Assembly (NCBI RefSeq): GCF_006345805.1
Contig: NC_043007.1
Location: 25,048,001-25,112,000, forward strand
Direction of reading: 5' to 3'
Source of the DNA: Octopus sinensis
Taxonomy: Eukaryota
Length of the DNA stretch: 64,000 bases
Both the position numbers and the translations under genes were made by a program. Below are positions 1 to 12,675 of the stretch, one piece after another (position 1 is the first letter of the stretch; the number at the start of each line of letters is the position of its first letter). The notes beneath the pieces are model-generated. The model searched no databases, was not told the origin of the DNA, and saw nothing but the letters and a program-made list of their open reading frames with translations.

Positions 1-330
1 CCATCCTAGGCAGGTTGGAAGAGATAGTTGACATCAAGCAACTGATGCCCTTCAAATATAAGAAGTCGCACCTAGGCTGTCTGATGACGATCAGAGGACT
101 CTCATCTCTTGGGAAACCAGTAGGACCAAGAACCATTTCACCAATTTTGCAGAGAAATAAGATGGATAGAGCTGGAATCCATTAGAAAGGATTGTGCAAC
201 ATGGGAAGACTTGAAAGACACATGCTGCATATGTCGATGGCATTTATATTCTATGGGAAGGAAGGAAGAAAAAAGGTGTTTTTACAAATAGCTTTCTTTT
301 TATTTTTCTATATCTATTGTTTTTACTCAC

Positions 331-520
331 CTCGAGATATTCTCATACTACTTTCATAGTTTGCTACAACCTCTTCGAACATATCACTAAGCACTGCTTG
401 AGAATTTGGTAAGTTCTTCAGCTTCTCTGGAATCCTCTCTAGAATACGCTCAAACCACTCACTTTGGATTGGCACCAATGAACCATCCCAGACTTTTTTC
501 CGTAAACACAAGTAGTTTTC
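331..520 (-). CDS. DNAH12: Axonemal dynein heavy chain (DNAH12-like), coding exon 4
   Basis: Acceptor tttttctgttag (AG at 521-522), donor GTGAGT (325-330); 190 nt, phase 0 to 1. Encodes ENYLCLRKKVWDGSLVPIQSEWFERILERIPEKLKNLPNSQAVLSDMFEEVVANYESSMRISR, matching the recalled DNAH12 N-terminal motif NY..MK..V....LVPIQQEW...ML..IPE.LK...L..L..EV...FE.SM. The gene continues left of the window. Confidence 0.85.
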
Positions 521-930
521 CTAACAGAAAAAAAACCATGATTGATAATATATTTTTTTTCTATAAGTGACAGAAAATGAATAAATATAACAAAGGCCTC
601 GATATACACTACAGACAGTGATGGTATTGGTGGTGGTGATGATGATGATGGTGGTGATGAGCATGAGATGAACAATGAAGATACAGATATGACTGTGCGG
701 TGGCAAAGTTTGCTATGTAATCACAGTTTCTGGTTCAGTGCCACACTATGGCACCTTGAACAAATTATCTCCAACAACAGCCTCAGGCTGGCAGATGCCA
801 TCATCATCATCATCAAATCTTGAAGATGGAAACTATGGGAGTCTATCATTTTTATGTATGTGTGAGTGTATGTGTGTGTGTGTTTGTGTTTCCATATATC
901 TTCCCAGTGACACCATTTGTGTAAAATGGT

Positions 931-964
<34 letters not shown>

Positions 965-970
<6 letters not shown>

Positions 971-1286
971 TAAATTAGAGACAAAACCACTATAATGCAT
1001 AATAGTGGTTTTGTCTCTAATTTAATATAATATAATATTTTACTATAAAATTGGATTCAATCCTAAATCTGATTTTTCCCTGTAAATTTGGATTTATTCC
1101 CTAATATTTATTATTAATTTATATATATATATAATATATATATTATATTAAATTAGAGACAAAACCACTATAATGCATAATAGTGGTTTTGTCTCTAATT
1201 TAATATAATATAATATTTTACTATAAAATTGGATTCAATCCTAAATCTGATTTTTCCCTGTAAATTTGGATTTATTCCCTAATATT

Positions 1287-1288
<2 letters not shown>
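965..1288. repeat. Tandem pair of about 146-bp units (period 178), each opening with a 66-bp palindrome
   Basis: 29-bp arms ttatattaaattagagacaaaaccactat / atagtggttttgtctctaatttaatataa at 965-1030, repeated from 1143; both units flanked by (TA)n. Confidence 0.9.
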
Positions 1289-1318
<30 letters not shown>

Positions 1319-1779
1319 ATAATCTTTATGATCTTTGCTTGTTTTTCAAGCAATCTTTTATTTCACATCTCCAAAAGTGCAAAGCCAGCAGACCAGCAGA
1401 CAATATGTTGGCAGCACAAACAACACTGCTCGTAGTTCATGGCTTTTATAGAGCAGAAATGTACTCACACACAAACACACACACACATATATATATGTTA
1501 CAAACTTCGTTCAGTCACCATCAAATAAAATTCATTGACAAAACTTTGATCAGCAAAGGTCTGTAGAAGACACTTGCCTCAGGGCTGCATAGTGGAACTG
1601 AAACCAGAACCATGTGGTTTGGAAGTGAACTTCTTAACCCCAAAAACCATGCCTGTATCTACATATACCCTTTTCTGCACCTACTATATACATAAATAAA
1701 TAAATAAATATATATATATACATATTTTTATTATGTATGTATGTATGTATGTATATATGTACACACATATATATATATA

Positions 1780-1930
1780 TCATCATCATCATCATCATCA
1801 TTTAACGTCTGCTTTCCATGCTAGCATGGGTTGGATGGTTCAACTGATGGAGCCCGAAGGCTGCACCAGGCCAGTCAGATCTGGCAGTGTTTCTACAGCT
1901 GGATGCCCTTCCTAACGCCAACCACTCCGA
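1780..1930 (-). mobile_element. RTE-type retroposon 3' end with (GAT)n tail (family D)
   Basis: catcatcatttaacgtc...ccatgctagcatgggttgga...ctacagctggatgcccttcctaacgccaaccactcc. Further copies at about 6040-6210, 8560-8780, 14650-14740, 46200-47065, 47310-47775, 54700-55420 and 63550-63900. Assignment to the RTE clade is from the recalled GGATGCCCTTCC 3' motif. Confidence 0.65.
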
Positions 1931-2725
1931 AATATATAGGTGTATATATATATATGTGTGTGTGTATATATATGTATATATATATCTATCTATATATATA
2001 TATATCAAAAAGTTATAAATGCATAAACAATCATACAAACACATTAATTAAATGCACATATTTAAATATATGCTGTCACAAATACATAGACACACATACA
2101 CACACAAATATATGTTCAGCGCTTCTGACCAATACAGAAATCAATGATGATGATGCTGATGATGATGATAATGATGATGAAGAGAAAGAACGTGAGGATA
2201 ATGATGATGATGATGATGATGACAATGGTTATTGCTTTTATTTGCCACAAGGGTGACAGATGGAACAAGATTAAAACAACAGCAAAAACAAAAAAAAACA
2301 TGCAGATTTATGTAGTATTGATTATGAGAAAAAAAATAACAATAACGACAAAATAAAAAATAATAACGAACAAACAGAAAAAAAGAAGTAACGAAAGTAA
2401 ATAAATATTTCCATTTTCCAAGACTGTATTGTTCAATCCTCAGGAGATACGACAATAAATTCAGGTTCTGTAACAAGAGCAATGCTTTTAAGTCACAAAA
2501 CCAACAAAATTATGTGAAAAAGAAAAGAAAAAATTCTTCTGAAATATGTCAGTTTATATTCCACTGTCTGAGTATGTACGTGTGTATCCTTATGCGTGTA
2601 TCCTTGTGTGTGTGTGTGAGTGTGTATGTGTATATGAATTTATTTATAAGTATGTGTAAGTATATGAATATATATATATATTTGTGTGCGTATATATATA
2701 TATACATATATATGAATATATATGA

Positions 2726-2758
<33 letters not shown>

Positions 2759-2806
2759 CATATATATGAATATATATGAGTATATATAGCTGTATATATA
2801 TGTATG

Positions 2807-2898
<92 letters not shown>

Positions 2899-2903
2899 CA
2901 TAA

Positions 2904-2952
<49 letters not shown>

Positions 2953-3353
2953 TTTATATGGTGGGTGAGTATGTATTGGTGGACAGAAGACAAGGATAGG
3001 GGAGAAAAATGCTTATACTGTAATTAACAATTGGGAGAAGAAATAGAAATGTTCGTTACAGAGAGAGAGATAGAGAGAGAGAAAGGGTTTGTATTGTAGA
3101 AAATATAGGGAGATATTTATATCATAGTCAAGAATAGGCCAGTGTATGAGATTTGGAGCTTCTTTCAGTTTCTATCTACCAAATCAACTCACTAGGCTTT
3201 GGTCAGCCAAGGGCTATAGGAGAAGACATCTACCAAAGACACCGCAAAGTAGGACTGAACCTGAGACCAGATGGTTCTAAAGCAAGCTTATCAACCACAC
3301 AGTGATGCAATACATAACACTGTACACATATATTTACTTAGTTGCATGCGCAT

Positions 3354-3384
<31 letters not shown>

Positions 3385-5203
3385 GAGGCATGGCATTGTG
3401 GTAAGAAGCTTACTTCCTAACCACATGGTTCCAGGTTCAGTCCCACTACATGGCACCTTGGGCAAGTGTCTTCTATTATAGCCTCAAGCCAACCAAAAAC
3501 CTTGTGAGTGGATTTGGTAGATAGAAACTGACAGAAGACTGCTGTGTATGTATATGCATGAGTGTGTGTGTGTGTGTGTGTGTGAGTGTGTGTATGTCTT
3601 TGTGTCTGTGTTTGTCTCCCAGCACCACTTGACAACCAGTGTTGATGTGTCTATGTCCCTGTAACTTTTCAACAGGTGGATGCCCTTCCTGTTGCTAAAC
3701 CTTATCTGTTTCCAAGAAATGTAATGTTCACTCACGATTAGACACCTGTTCATGGAAGATCAGAAACAAAACAACACCACTTGTATGACATTGATACTCG
3801 TTTACAGCTATCATGCAATGACAAGAAAAAAAAGACAAAAACACACACAGACAGACAAACTCCTTCCAGTTTCCACTTACCAAATCCACTCACAAGACAC
3901 TTTCCTGGGTGGGGGGCACAAAGTGGAGCTGAACCCAAAGCCATGCGATTGGAAAGCAAATTTCTTAACCACAAAGCCATATCTACACCAGTACAAATAC
4001 ATACATACACACACACACACGCACACACACACACATGCGTATAAATATATAAAGAAACTCATCAGGCGCAGGTGTGGCTGTGTGGTAAGAAGCTTGCTTC
4101 CCAACCACATGGTTCTGGGTTCAGTCTCACTGTGTGGCTCCTTGGACAAATGTCTTCTACTATAGCCTCTATCTAATATTATACACTTTGGATAATACAC
4201 CCACTCTACTGACAGATATACGAGGGCATTTTTTCCTGATTTATGGACTTTTGGACAACTTACACACACATATATATATACACACACATATGTATATATA
4301 CATGCATATAAACATACATACATCTATGCGTGTATATGTGAGTGTGTGTGTATGTGTGCATGTGTGACAGATATACGAGGGCATTTTTTCCTGATTTATG
4401 GACTCTTGGACAACTTACACACACACACATATATATATATACACTCACATACGTATATATACATGCATATAAACATACATACATATATGCATGTATATGT
4501 GTGTGTGTGTGTGTGTGTGCATGTGTGTGGATGTATACATATGCATGAAACATACATATCTAAACACACGACAATACAGATTGAGTTTGCAGCCCTTCTT
4601 TTTGAAAATGGTGTATGTGTGTATAAATGTATATGTGTGAGTGTGTGTGTATGTATGTGTGTGTGGCAGGGGGGCAGGTGTATGCAAATTATTGGCATTT
4701 TAGCTGAACTTTATTTCTTTCCACATGTATCTTGCTAGCTTCACAGATAAGTTGTCAGCTACTTAGCACTAAGCCACATTTGCTGTCTCTACAGATGTCC
4801 AACATTGGAAGCTTACTTTATTTCAATGTTTCCACCTCACACACACACACACGCACACACACACACACATACACACACACACACACATACACATACACAC
4901 AGATATATATATATACATACGTATTTGCAAAAACAAATCATAGCTCTGCATTTATTAGTTTAAATGCAATATGTATAAATGCATACATATGTATATCTGT
5001 GTATATACATACATGCATATATATGGTATTCTTGATAGTATTATCGCTCTCATGTGTGTGTGTGTGAGAGAGTATGTGTGTGTATGTATGCATGTATGTA
5101 TATTTATGTATGTATGTATATTATGTGCATATACAATATATTTATACAAACTATAAATTTACACATCATTCACATAGTTAATTACACATATACACACAGA
5201 AAA

Positions 5204-5261
<58 letters not shown>

Positions 5262-5354
5262 ATCTATGTATATTATGTGCATACCCATTATATTTGTACA
5301 AACTATAGAATTCACATCATTCACATAGTTAATTACACATATACACACAAGAAA

Positions 5355-5403
<49 letters not shown>

Positions 5404-5438
5404 TATATATACATATATATATATACATATATATATAC

Positions 5439-5491
<53 letters not shown>

Positions 5492-6418
5492 TGTATGATG
5501 TGACATTATATAGCAATATGTGTGTGCATGAATGTATATGCATGCATAATATTCTTTGATAAAATTTACATTGTGCAAGTGAGATAAATGATTTAAACTT
5601 AGCCTCCTCTCTCTTTCTCTCTCTCTCTCCTCCTTGTCTGTCTCTTTCTCTATATCTCTCTGTCTATCTATTGATCAGTCTTTCTCCCTGATTCTCTAGC
5701 TATCTATTAATCTCCCTCTCTGCCTGTCTATTTATCTCTTTTTTTTCTATCTACCTAGCTACCTCTTCACGAAAGATGCAGAACTAATTCCAAATAATAC
5801 TCCAACCGACAGAAACTCAATTCTTCTCTGTTTGTAGTGAATTCCTGCATCAATCATTGCACTGGATACACAGATCTAGCATCTGTTCCAAAGATGAGCA
5901 TTACCATTATTTGATGAATGGAATTACAAACTCCTTGCTCAACGCTTTAGGTGGATGAGTAGTTCACACATACTTATTTCTTTCACACATACACACAGAT
6001 CAACATCACCACCACCACCACAACCACTACTACCATTTAACGTCCTTTTTTCCATGCTGGCATGGGTTAGATGGCTTGACAAGCAAAGATGAGCCAGAGG
6101 ACATTGCTAGTTCCTATATCTGTTTTGACATGGTTTTTACAGCTGGACACTCTTCCGGATGGTGACTATATAACTGAGTGGACTAGGTGCTTTTTACATG
6201 ACACCAGTACCAATACACACTCACACACATATACCTAATATATATATGTGGAGGTGCAATGGCCCACTGGTTAGGGCAGCGGACTCGCAATCGTAGGATC
6301 GCGGTTTTGATTCCCAGACCGGGCGTTGTGAGTGTTTATTGAGCAAAATCACCTAAAGCTCCACGAGGCTCCAGCAGGTGGTGGTGGTGATCCCAGGTGT
6401 ACTCTTTCACCGCAACTC

Positions 6419-6900
6419 CGAAGTCATGGGTGCTGTGTTGTTTTCTGATTTTGTAAGCATGTCTGCATGTGTTAGACGTATGGAATTCAAAAAAGTGCCC
6501 AAGGTTGTTGTTGGAAAGATGGTGGATAATCTTATGGGTGTCTACCAAGTCAACTGCCAGACATTCAGAGCATGGTAGATGTCTGATCACGGGTATTCAT
6601 TTTGTTGCACATTTCGGAACAGTTTCCAGTAGATTTATATATATATATATTGAGCAAGATAGGGGTTTCACACTGTGGACATGCCATTGTCAAGTAGTTT
6701 TAAATAGATAGCTGGAGTGCAGCTGACAAAGGTCTCAATGGGTGATGCTAGGACACCCTCAACCTTCTTGACAATCTTAGAGATGTGTTGGATCTGGGGC
6801 TTATAGTCGACTGTTGAATATATGCAGTGGGCATACCTCTGTATGACTTTGGTGACACACTGTGTATTCAGTCAGCTATTGGTGAATGAGTGCATAACTG
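6419..6900 (-). mobile_element. CR1/L2-type LINE 3' fragment (degraded)
   Basis: Minus ORF ...LAVDLVDTHKIIHHL...FF....TCRHAYKIRKQHS is the CR1-clade RT C-terminal D(L)..YKI...TRGH.YK motif; homologous to 11858-12145. Confidence 0.7.
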
Positions 6901-7794
6901 GAGTGACAAACCCATATTTACTTTAGCAAGTATATATATGTCAACACACATTATCAGTACACTAGTGTGCTGTCCTAACCTCTAGCTTGGTACTTTTACT
7001 ATCTAAATACTTGATACTATCAGATCTTGAAATTTATATTTCACACACACACATACTTAATATATATATACACATACATACACACTCATACATATACATA
7101 CATACACATATATATTTATTTATATAGTATTCAACACACTCCTTTGAAGAAACACTTTTCCTCAGTTTGTTACTTTGTGTGTGGTGTGTGTGTGTGTGTG
7201 TGTGTGTGTGAGTGTATGTATGTATGTATGTATGTATGTATGTATGTATGTATGTATGTATGCATGCATGCATGCATGTTTCACTCAGGCATAGAGATAT
7301 TGATAACCCGGTGTTTGAACTCAGTATTTTATAAGCTTCAGAATAAAGAGTTAATTGATACAGAGCATAATATGAAATTAGATGAATGACAAAGGAATAG
7401 GAAATTATGCAATGAATGTAATTAGCTTACAGCTGTTTCTGCTCTAAGATACAGTAGACTTAAAACTATAAGTGCTTGTGCATCACCGTATAGCTTCTGT
7501 GGAGCTTCCAAAATGAACTTCTGTCCAACTCACTCCCTATTTCTAATCATCTGACACACTATTCTCACCCTAGTGCACTTACCCCCTCAAAAAACCCTTT
7601 CTTCTTCCTCTAGTCCTTTCTTCCTCTCTTATTCTCTTTGTATCTTGACCTCACATCTCTCTCTTTTTCCAGGTGGGCAAGCCATGTATTCTTCTCTTCA
7701 GCAAGACACCTGTTCCTACCCCTTTATCTTACTTTCTAATCCCTCAATACAATACTCCAAGGCGTATTGTATTGATCGATGGGGTTTTCTCTCT

Positions 7795-8420
7795 GATGTT
7801 GGTGATGGATCCTTTGTGATTGTGAGTAATGAACTTGGTTTTACTAGGATTAACAAGCAGTCCCACACCTTGTGCAGCTAATTCTAGGCTCTGAAGTAAT
7901 TGGGTAGAGCTTGGTATTGTGTCAGAGAGCAAGGCTAAATCATCAGCATAGTCTACATCAATAATTTTCTGAGCTGGATGTCTGATCAATCTTCTTTGAG
8001 CAAGTGTGAAGCCATGGATGTTTAGATTGTAAAGTGATATTCTGAGACAGCCTCAACTGTAAAGGATCACCAAAGCAAATTAGATGTTGTCTGGAAATCA
8101 ATCCTTTAGGGTCAGACACCCTAAACAGGAGTTTTTTTGATGCAACAGTTGAGTCAGTCCTTTTATATGGAGCAACAGCCTGGATGCTTACCAAAAAAAC
8201 TGGAATGTAAGGTAGATGGAACTTACACCTGAATGTTAAGAGCAGTCTTAAACATATTTTGGAGAACTCATCCCACCAAGAGTCAACTGAATGAAGATCT
8301 GGTTGTCTCTGTCATTATGAGGGAAAGGTGCTTGTGCTTTGCAAGACATTGCTGATGAGATAAACAAGTGCTGGCAAGTGACCAACTGCTAGGGATACCA
8401 AAGCATGGATGTACTCAAGC
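7795..8420. mobile_element. RTE-clade LINE reverse transcriptase remnant with 5' inversion
   Basis: Minus part about 7795-8040 reads ...RHPAQKIIDVDYADDLALL...GLLVNPSKTKFI. Plus part about 8050-8420 reads KLDVVWKS...ATVESVLLYGATAWMLTK...MLRAVLNIFW, with frameshifts. Confidence 0.8.
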
Positions 8421-9789
8421 AGGTCATCCAAACACAATGTATGCAGATCAACTCTCAATGAATGTCTCCTCAGAGATCTCTCTCAGATGGTCTGTGTGAG
8501 TTTAAAATGTCCAAGCAAGCTTGACCATGTCATAGTGATGACCATACCTCACTCAGTTGAGAGATTTTGCCTTGTGATGACCTCATCAGTGCTGGTGCCA
8601 CATAAAAAGTACCCAGTGAAGTGGTCGGCATTAGGAACGGTATCTAGCTATAGAAACCATGCTAAAGCAAACCAAACATTAGAACTTGGCACATCCCCCT
8701 GGTATGTCTGTTCATGTTAAACCATCCAACCCATACCAGCATAAAAAAAAGAACATTAAATGATGATGATGATGATGATGATGATGACATACATACACAC
8801 ACCCTGAACTGTGTAAGGTTGGGCCATTGAATTACAAGTACAGCCTAACTGATGGACTTGTAGTTTCCACCTTCCCCATTCCATTCACAAAATTACGACG
8901 GAAGGCACTTTCCCAAAGTTCCATACAGTAGCAACAAAAATTGTGGAAAAATTGAAATAATTGAATGTAAGGGGGACAACTTTTGATTGTCTATGAAATA
9001 TTTTTTTTTTCTCTTTCTCTCTCAGGAAAATCTAAAATTAAGCATGAGCGAATGTGAAAGTTTTTTCCCTACAGAAACACTGCAGCATTTTAGTAAGTAT
9101 TTACTCCATTGTCTTTATGGCCATCACGCAGCAAATGGCTTATGTTTTAATTTTAAAAAATTTTTATTAAATAATCTAATGAATTATTATATAGTATTAC
9201 CCTGAAATTATTTTGTGGGTTATCAACTAATATAATTTTTTTGTGAGGTTTATAACTTCATTTGACTTTCTTATAAGTGTTTATCTGTATGTATGTGTAT
9301 CTAATCGTCATTTCTCGTCTGTTTCCATGCTCATATAGAACGAATGGGTCTCCTGCAGCATAACGCCTTATCAAATTTGTAGTGGGGCTCAAACATAAGT
9401 AGAGAATATATATGCAAGAAGATATAAAAGACTCAGAATGGCATTGGTAAACTACGAAAATAATCAGAAGAATTGAGGAACCAAAGAAGCTTCTTCAAAT
9501 CTTTTAGGCAAAAATATACAGAAATGAGGAGAGAAAATGAAAGATGCAGTATTAAAATGCCTTACTCTGAAATGACACGCTTACTAAAGCAAGGTTGTCT
9601 TAATAGAACCATAGAGCCCCTGGACAAAACAATGCACTGAGGCTCATACATAAACAACCACAGCATACTCTGATAAATACTGGGTCCCAATACCTTTTAG
9701 ATACCTGAGTAAAGCCAAGTGCATCCAAGTCTTAAGATGGCACTGCCCTAGAGACAGTAAAGTGGCAACAATGGAATCAAGGAATCACA

Positions 9790-10060
9790 GAATCTTGTCA
9801 TCTTGTCAATGAGGTTCACTTTCAACATTTCTTCCTTTTCTAGAGATTCCTTTCATTTGGATTATTTGATGCTTCCATATCCAACATTCATCCTTGATAT
9901 GATATGCATGTCTCCATATCAGTTTAGTCTTTTCTCTTGTACATCACATCCAATTCTTCGTACACTGAAAATTTTCTCTCAGCTCATTTGTCACCATGCA
10001 ATAGCATATTTCATTTACAAGAATTACACAAATTGCTCTTCATTCATTAATACAATCCTT
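9790..10060 (-). mobile_element. Highly degraded RTE-like LINE 3' fragment
   Basis: Minus translation REKTKLIWRHAYHIKDECWIWKHQIIQMKGISRKGR resembles the RTE C-terminal (R)LRW.GHV.R...V.G.R.RGRP motif. Confidence 0.45.
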
Positions 10061-11743
10061 TTGTTGACTGAAAAAGTAATAGGTCTTTGAAAATTTCCAC
10101 CATGCCATAACTCATGATTCTATGTGTATGTGTGTGTGTCCATGCATGCATATGTGTGCGTATGTACATGTACACACACATATATACATACATGTCAATT
10201 AGTCAAGGTGCACAGAATTACATATCCAATACAGCCGATCTTACCAATCAGTTTCGTGCTAGGGGTACAACGGAGTGTTAAGTAACAGCACAGTTATGTA
10301 ACCCTGCGCTCTTCAGAGATGGCAGTTATGGTTGTAATGGATATATAATACTGTACACTTCAATTAATATACTTACTCCATTGACAAATATATGAGTGCG
10401 TATTTTTACTGACCTATAGATTCTTAGACAATATATACATATATGTATGTATTAGGGAATATAAATGTATGTATGTATATATGTATGTATATATGTATGT
10501 AAATATATATATATATATATATATTCGCATGCACATGCATATCTCTTTTACTGTTACAAGTTTCAGTCATTAAAGATGACAACCCCATAAAGATGATACC
10601 TAGCATGGATACATGCTGGGGCACCTTCTTTCAGGATGTATAGTCTGCTACTTACCTTATCAATATTCACTTACCAAATAGCTAAGTTAACTGTGAGGTA
10701 AAGGGCCACAACTCAACGCCCTTTCACATCAATAAACATAAACCCACATTCACATGCACAGATGTCTAAGGCAGGCTCCCACAATTTTTTTCTTTTTTTT
10801 TTATCAATATGGTTAGTTAGTTACTTTTATATATTAGCATCAATAAAAAGTAGTAGGAGTAGTAAATCTGTGTTTCGTAGTTATTAAATAAGCAGCCATA
10901 TGAACAGGAAAGCATACTTTTCTTTTTCGTTTTTTTTTTTTGCTTTTAAGATTATTTCATGAGTATGTATTACTATTGTAGCAGCAGTACCTGATAATTC
11001 AACGGGAATTGCAGCAAAGCTAAGGAAAATTAGTCTCTAAAATAGGGACCGCATGAAGTAATGAGGGAGCCTTTGTGTCTATTCACTGAGTAGCTCACAT
11101 TGTTACACAGACCATCTTAGATCTCCCTTATATGTTGATGGAAATACACTGAATCTAAATCTTTTATTTGCAATAAACTAGAATCCTATCCCAGTGGAAA
11201 TTTACTTCTCATCCACTTATTATTGCAGAGTGTGACACCAAAGTTGATTTTGTGGATCTCAAAGGATTAAGAAGAACATTGAGAGGAACCCTCTCTAAAT
11301 AAGGATATCTATCTTATGAACTAGTGCAATAGATCGAGTGAGTATCCATATATGAGCGATTGAGTATGTTTAAAAGAATGACATCATCAGTGACATTGGG
11401 AGTAACCATGAATGAGCAAATATCTTTAGTGTTATCAAGAGTATCACATCAAGCCTGACTGAAAGGCCTATAATCAAAGGCATTCCAGCCATGACCACTT
11501 CATGGAATGCCTAGAGTTACATTATCCAATCTGTCCTTCACTTGCTTAAGAAGTTAGGCTTCTATTTAAAAGTGGTTATATAGAGGCTATTTAACTGAGC
11601 GTGTTTTGTACAGCAACAATATTGGTTGTTGTTGTTGTTGTTGTTTAACTGCAGGTCAGCCTTGATCAAGTGCACCTATGATCAAAAGCGTTCCACCCAT
11701 GATCATCCCGTCATTTTCTTTCAGATAAAAGTGTATCCTAGAC

Positions 11744-11854
11744 CAGTGCTACTCAAAGTGGTGGTCCGCAGACCGGCACCGGTCTGCGAGCCTTTAGCTG
11801 CCAGTACGCGGCGAGTTTCCAGAAAAGAAACATTATAAAATGCTTATGTAATAT

Positions 11855-11889
<35 letters not shown>

Positions 11890-12324
11890 TGTGTACAGTG
11901 CTCAGGTGCACTACAACTCATCTAAAGTGTATATATAATCAGGTGTAGTTTCGGCGGATTTCGGAAAGCATGAAGGCCTTAAAGGATGCAGTGTCATGGC
12001 AGTCAACAACTGACGCAGGCAGTTTATTCCATGCTTCAGCAACTCTGAGCGTGAAAAAATGTTTCCGAAAGTCATGGGAGCTGTGTTGTTTTCTGACTTT
12101 GTAGGCATGTCCACGTATGTTAGACACATGGAGATCAAAAGATTTGTATTATTGGTTCAGAAAATAAATATAAAATAAAAACAAATTGTCAACTTTTATT
12201 ATATTCATTATTGCTATTGTTTCCGGTATAAATTAATATTACTAAAAAATATTACCAGTTCCTGGTACATTGGAAAAAACAAACAAAAAACGGTATGCCA
12301 CATCAGATAGTTTGAGAAGCACTG
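11744..12324. mobile_element. Non-autonomous hAT (Charlie/Buster-like) DNA transposon
   Basis: TIRs CAGTGCTACTCAAA / TTTGAGAAGCACTG; perfect 8-bp TSD TCCTAGAC (11736-11743 and 12325-12332) with central TA. Confidence 0.85.
11858..12145 (-). mobile_element. CR1-type LINE 3' end nested in the hAT element
   Basis: RGHAYKVRKQHSSHDFRKHFFTLRVAEAWNKLPASVVDCHDTASFK, followed on the minus strand by an (ATT)n tail at about 11858-11890. Confidence 0.85.
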
Positions 12325-12648
12325 TCCTAGACCATATTATCCAATGTATTCTTTTCTTTAGAAAGACATTAGGGTACAAATTGGGAGAGAGATTTGGCTG
12401 TTATTTCTAGCAGGCCAAGTGACTAACCATACAGCAGCTCCTTCATTGATTCATGGTAGCAGTTCTTATTGATGGGGGAAGGGGGTTCTTTTAAGATTTA
12501 AGTACAGTATTTTTCATTCTGTCCTGTAGAATATGTTTAGAGAAACAAACTGTTGTAATAAAGATATCAAAGATATCAACATGAGGAAGTATTAGAGATT
12601 ATAGTTTCATACGAAACATTGTGTTAGTTTTTTAATAAACAGACTTAC

Positions 12649-12675
12649 TCTGACAGCTCTTGTATGACTCATCAT
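12649..12675 (-). CDS. DNAH12: DNAH12-like coding exon 3 (27-nt microexon, MMSHTRAVR)
   Basis: Acceptor tatttgatacag, donor GTAAGT (12643-12648), phase 0 to 0. Fills the gap between YPPE and ENYL, corresponding to recalled vertebrate YPQTMTSEMKKKGFNY. Confidence 0.7.

Noticed and set aside
1-300. Next DNAH12-like exon or a plus-strand ORF at the left edge
   Set aside because: No minus-strand acceptor leading into the expected V.SVLVKP-like sequence; the plus frame has no recognisable match and may be LINE debris.
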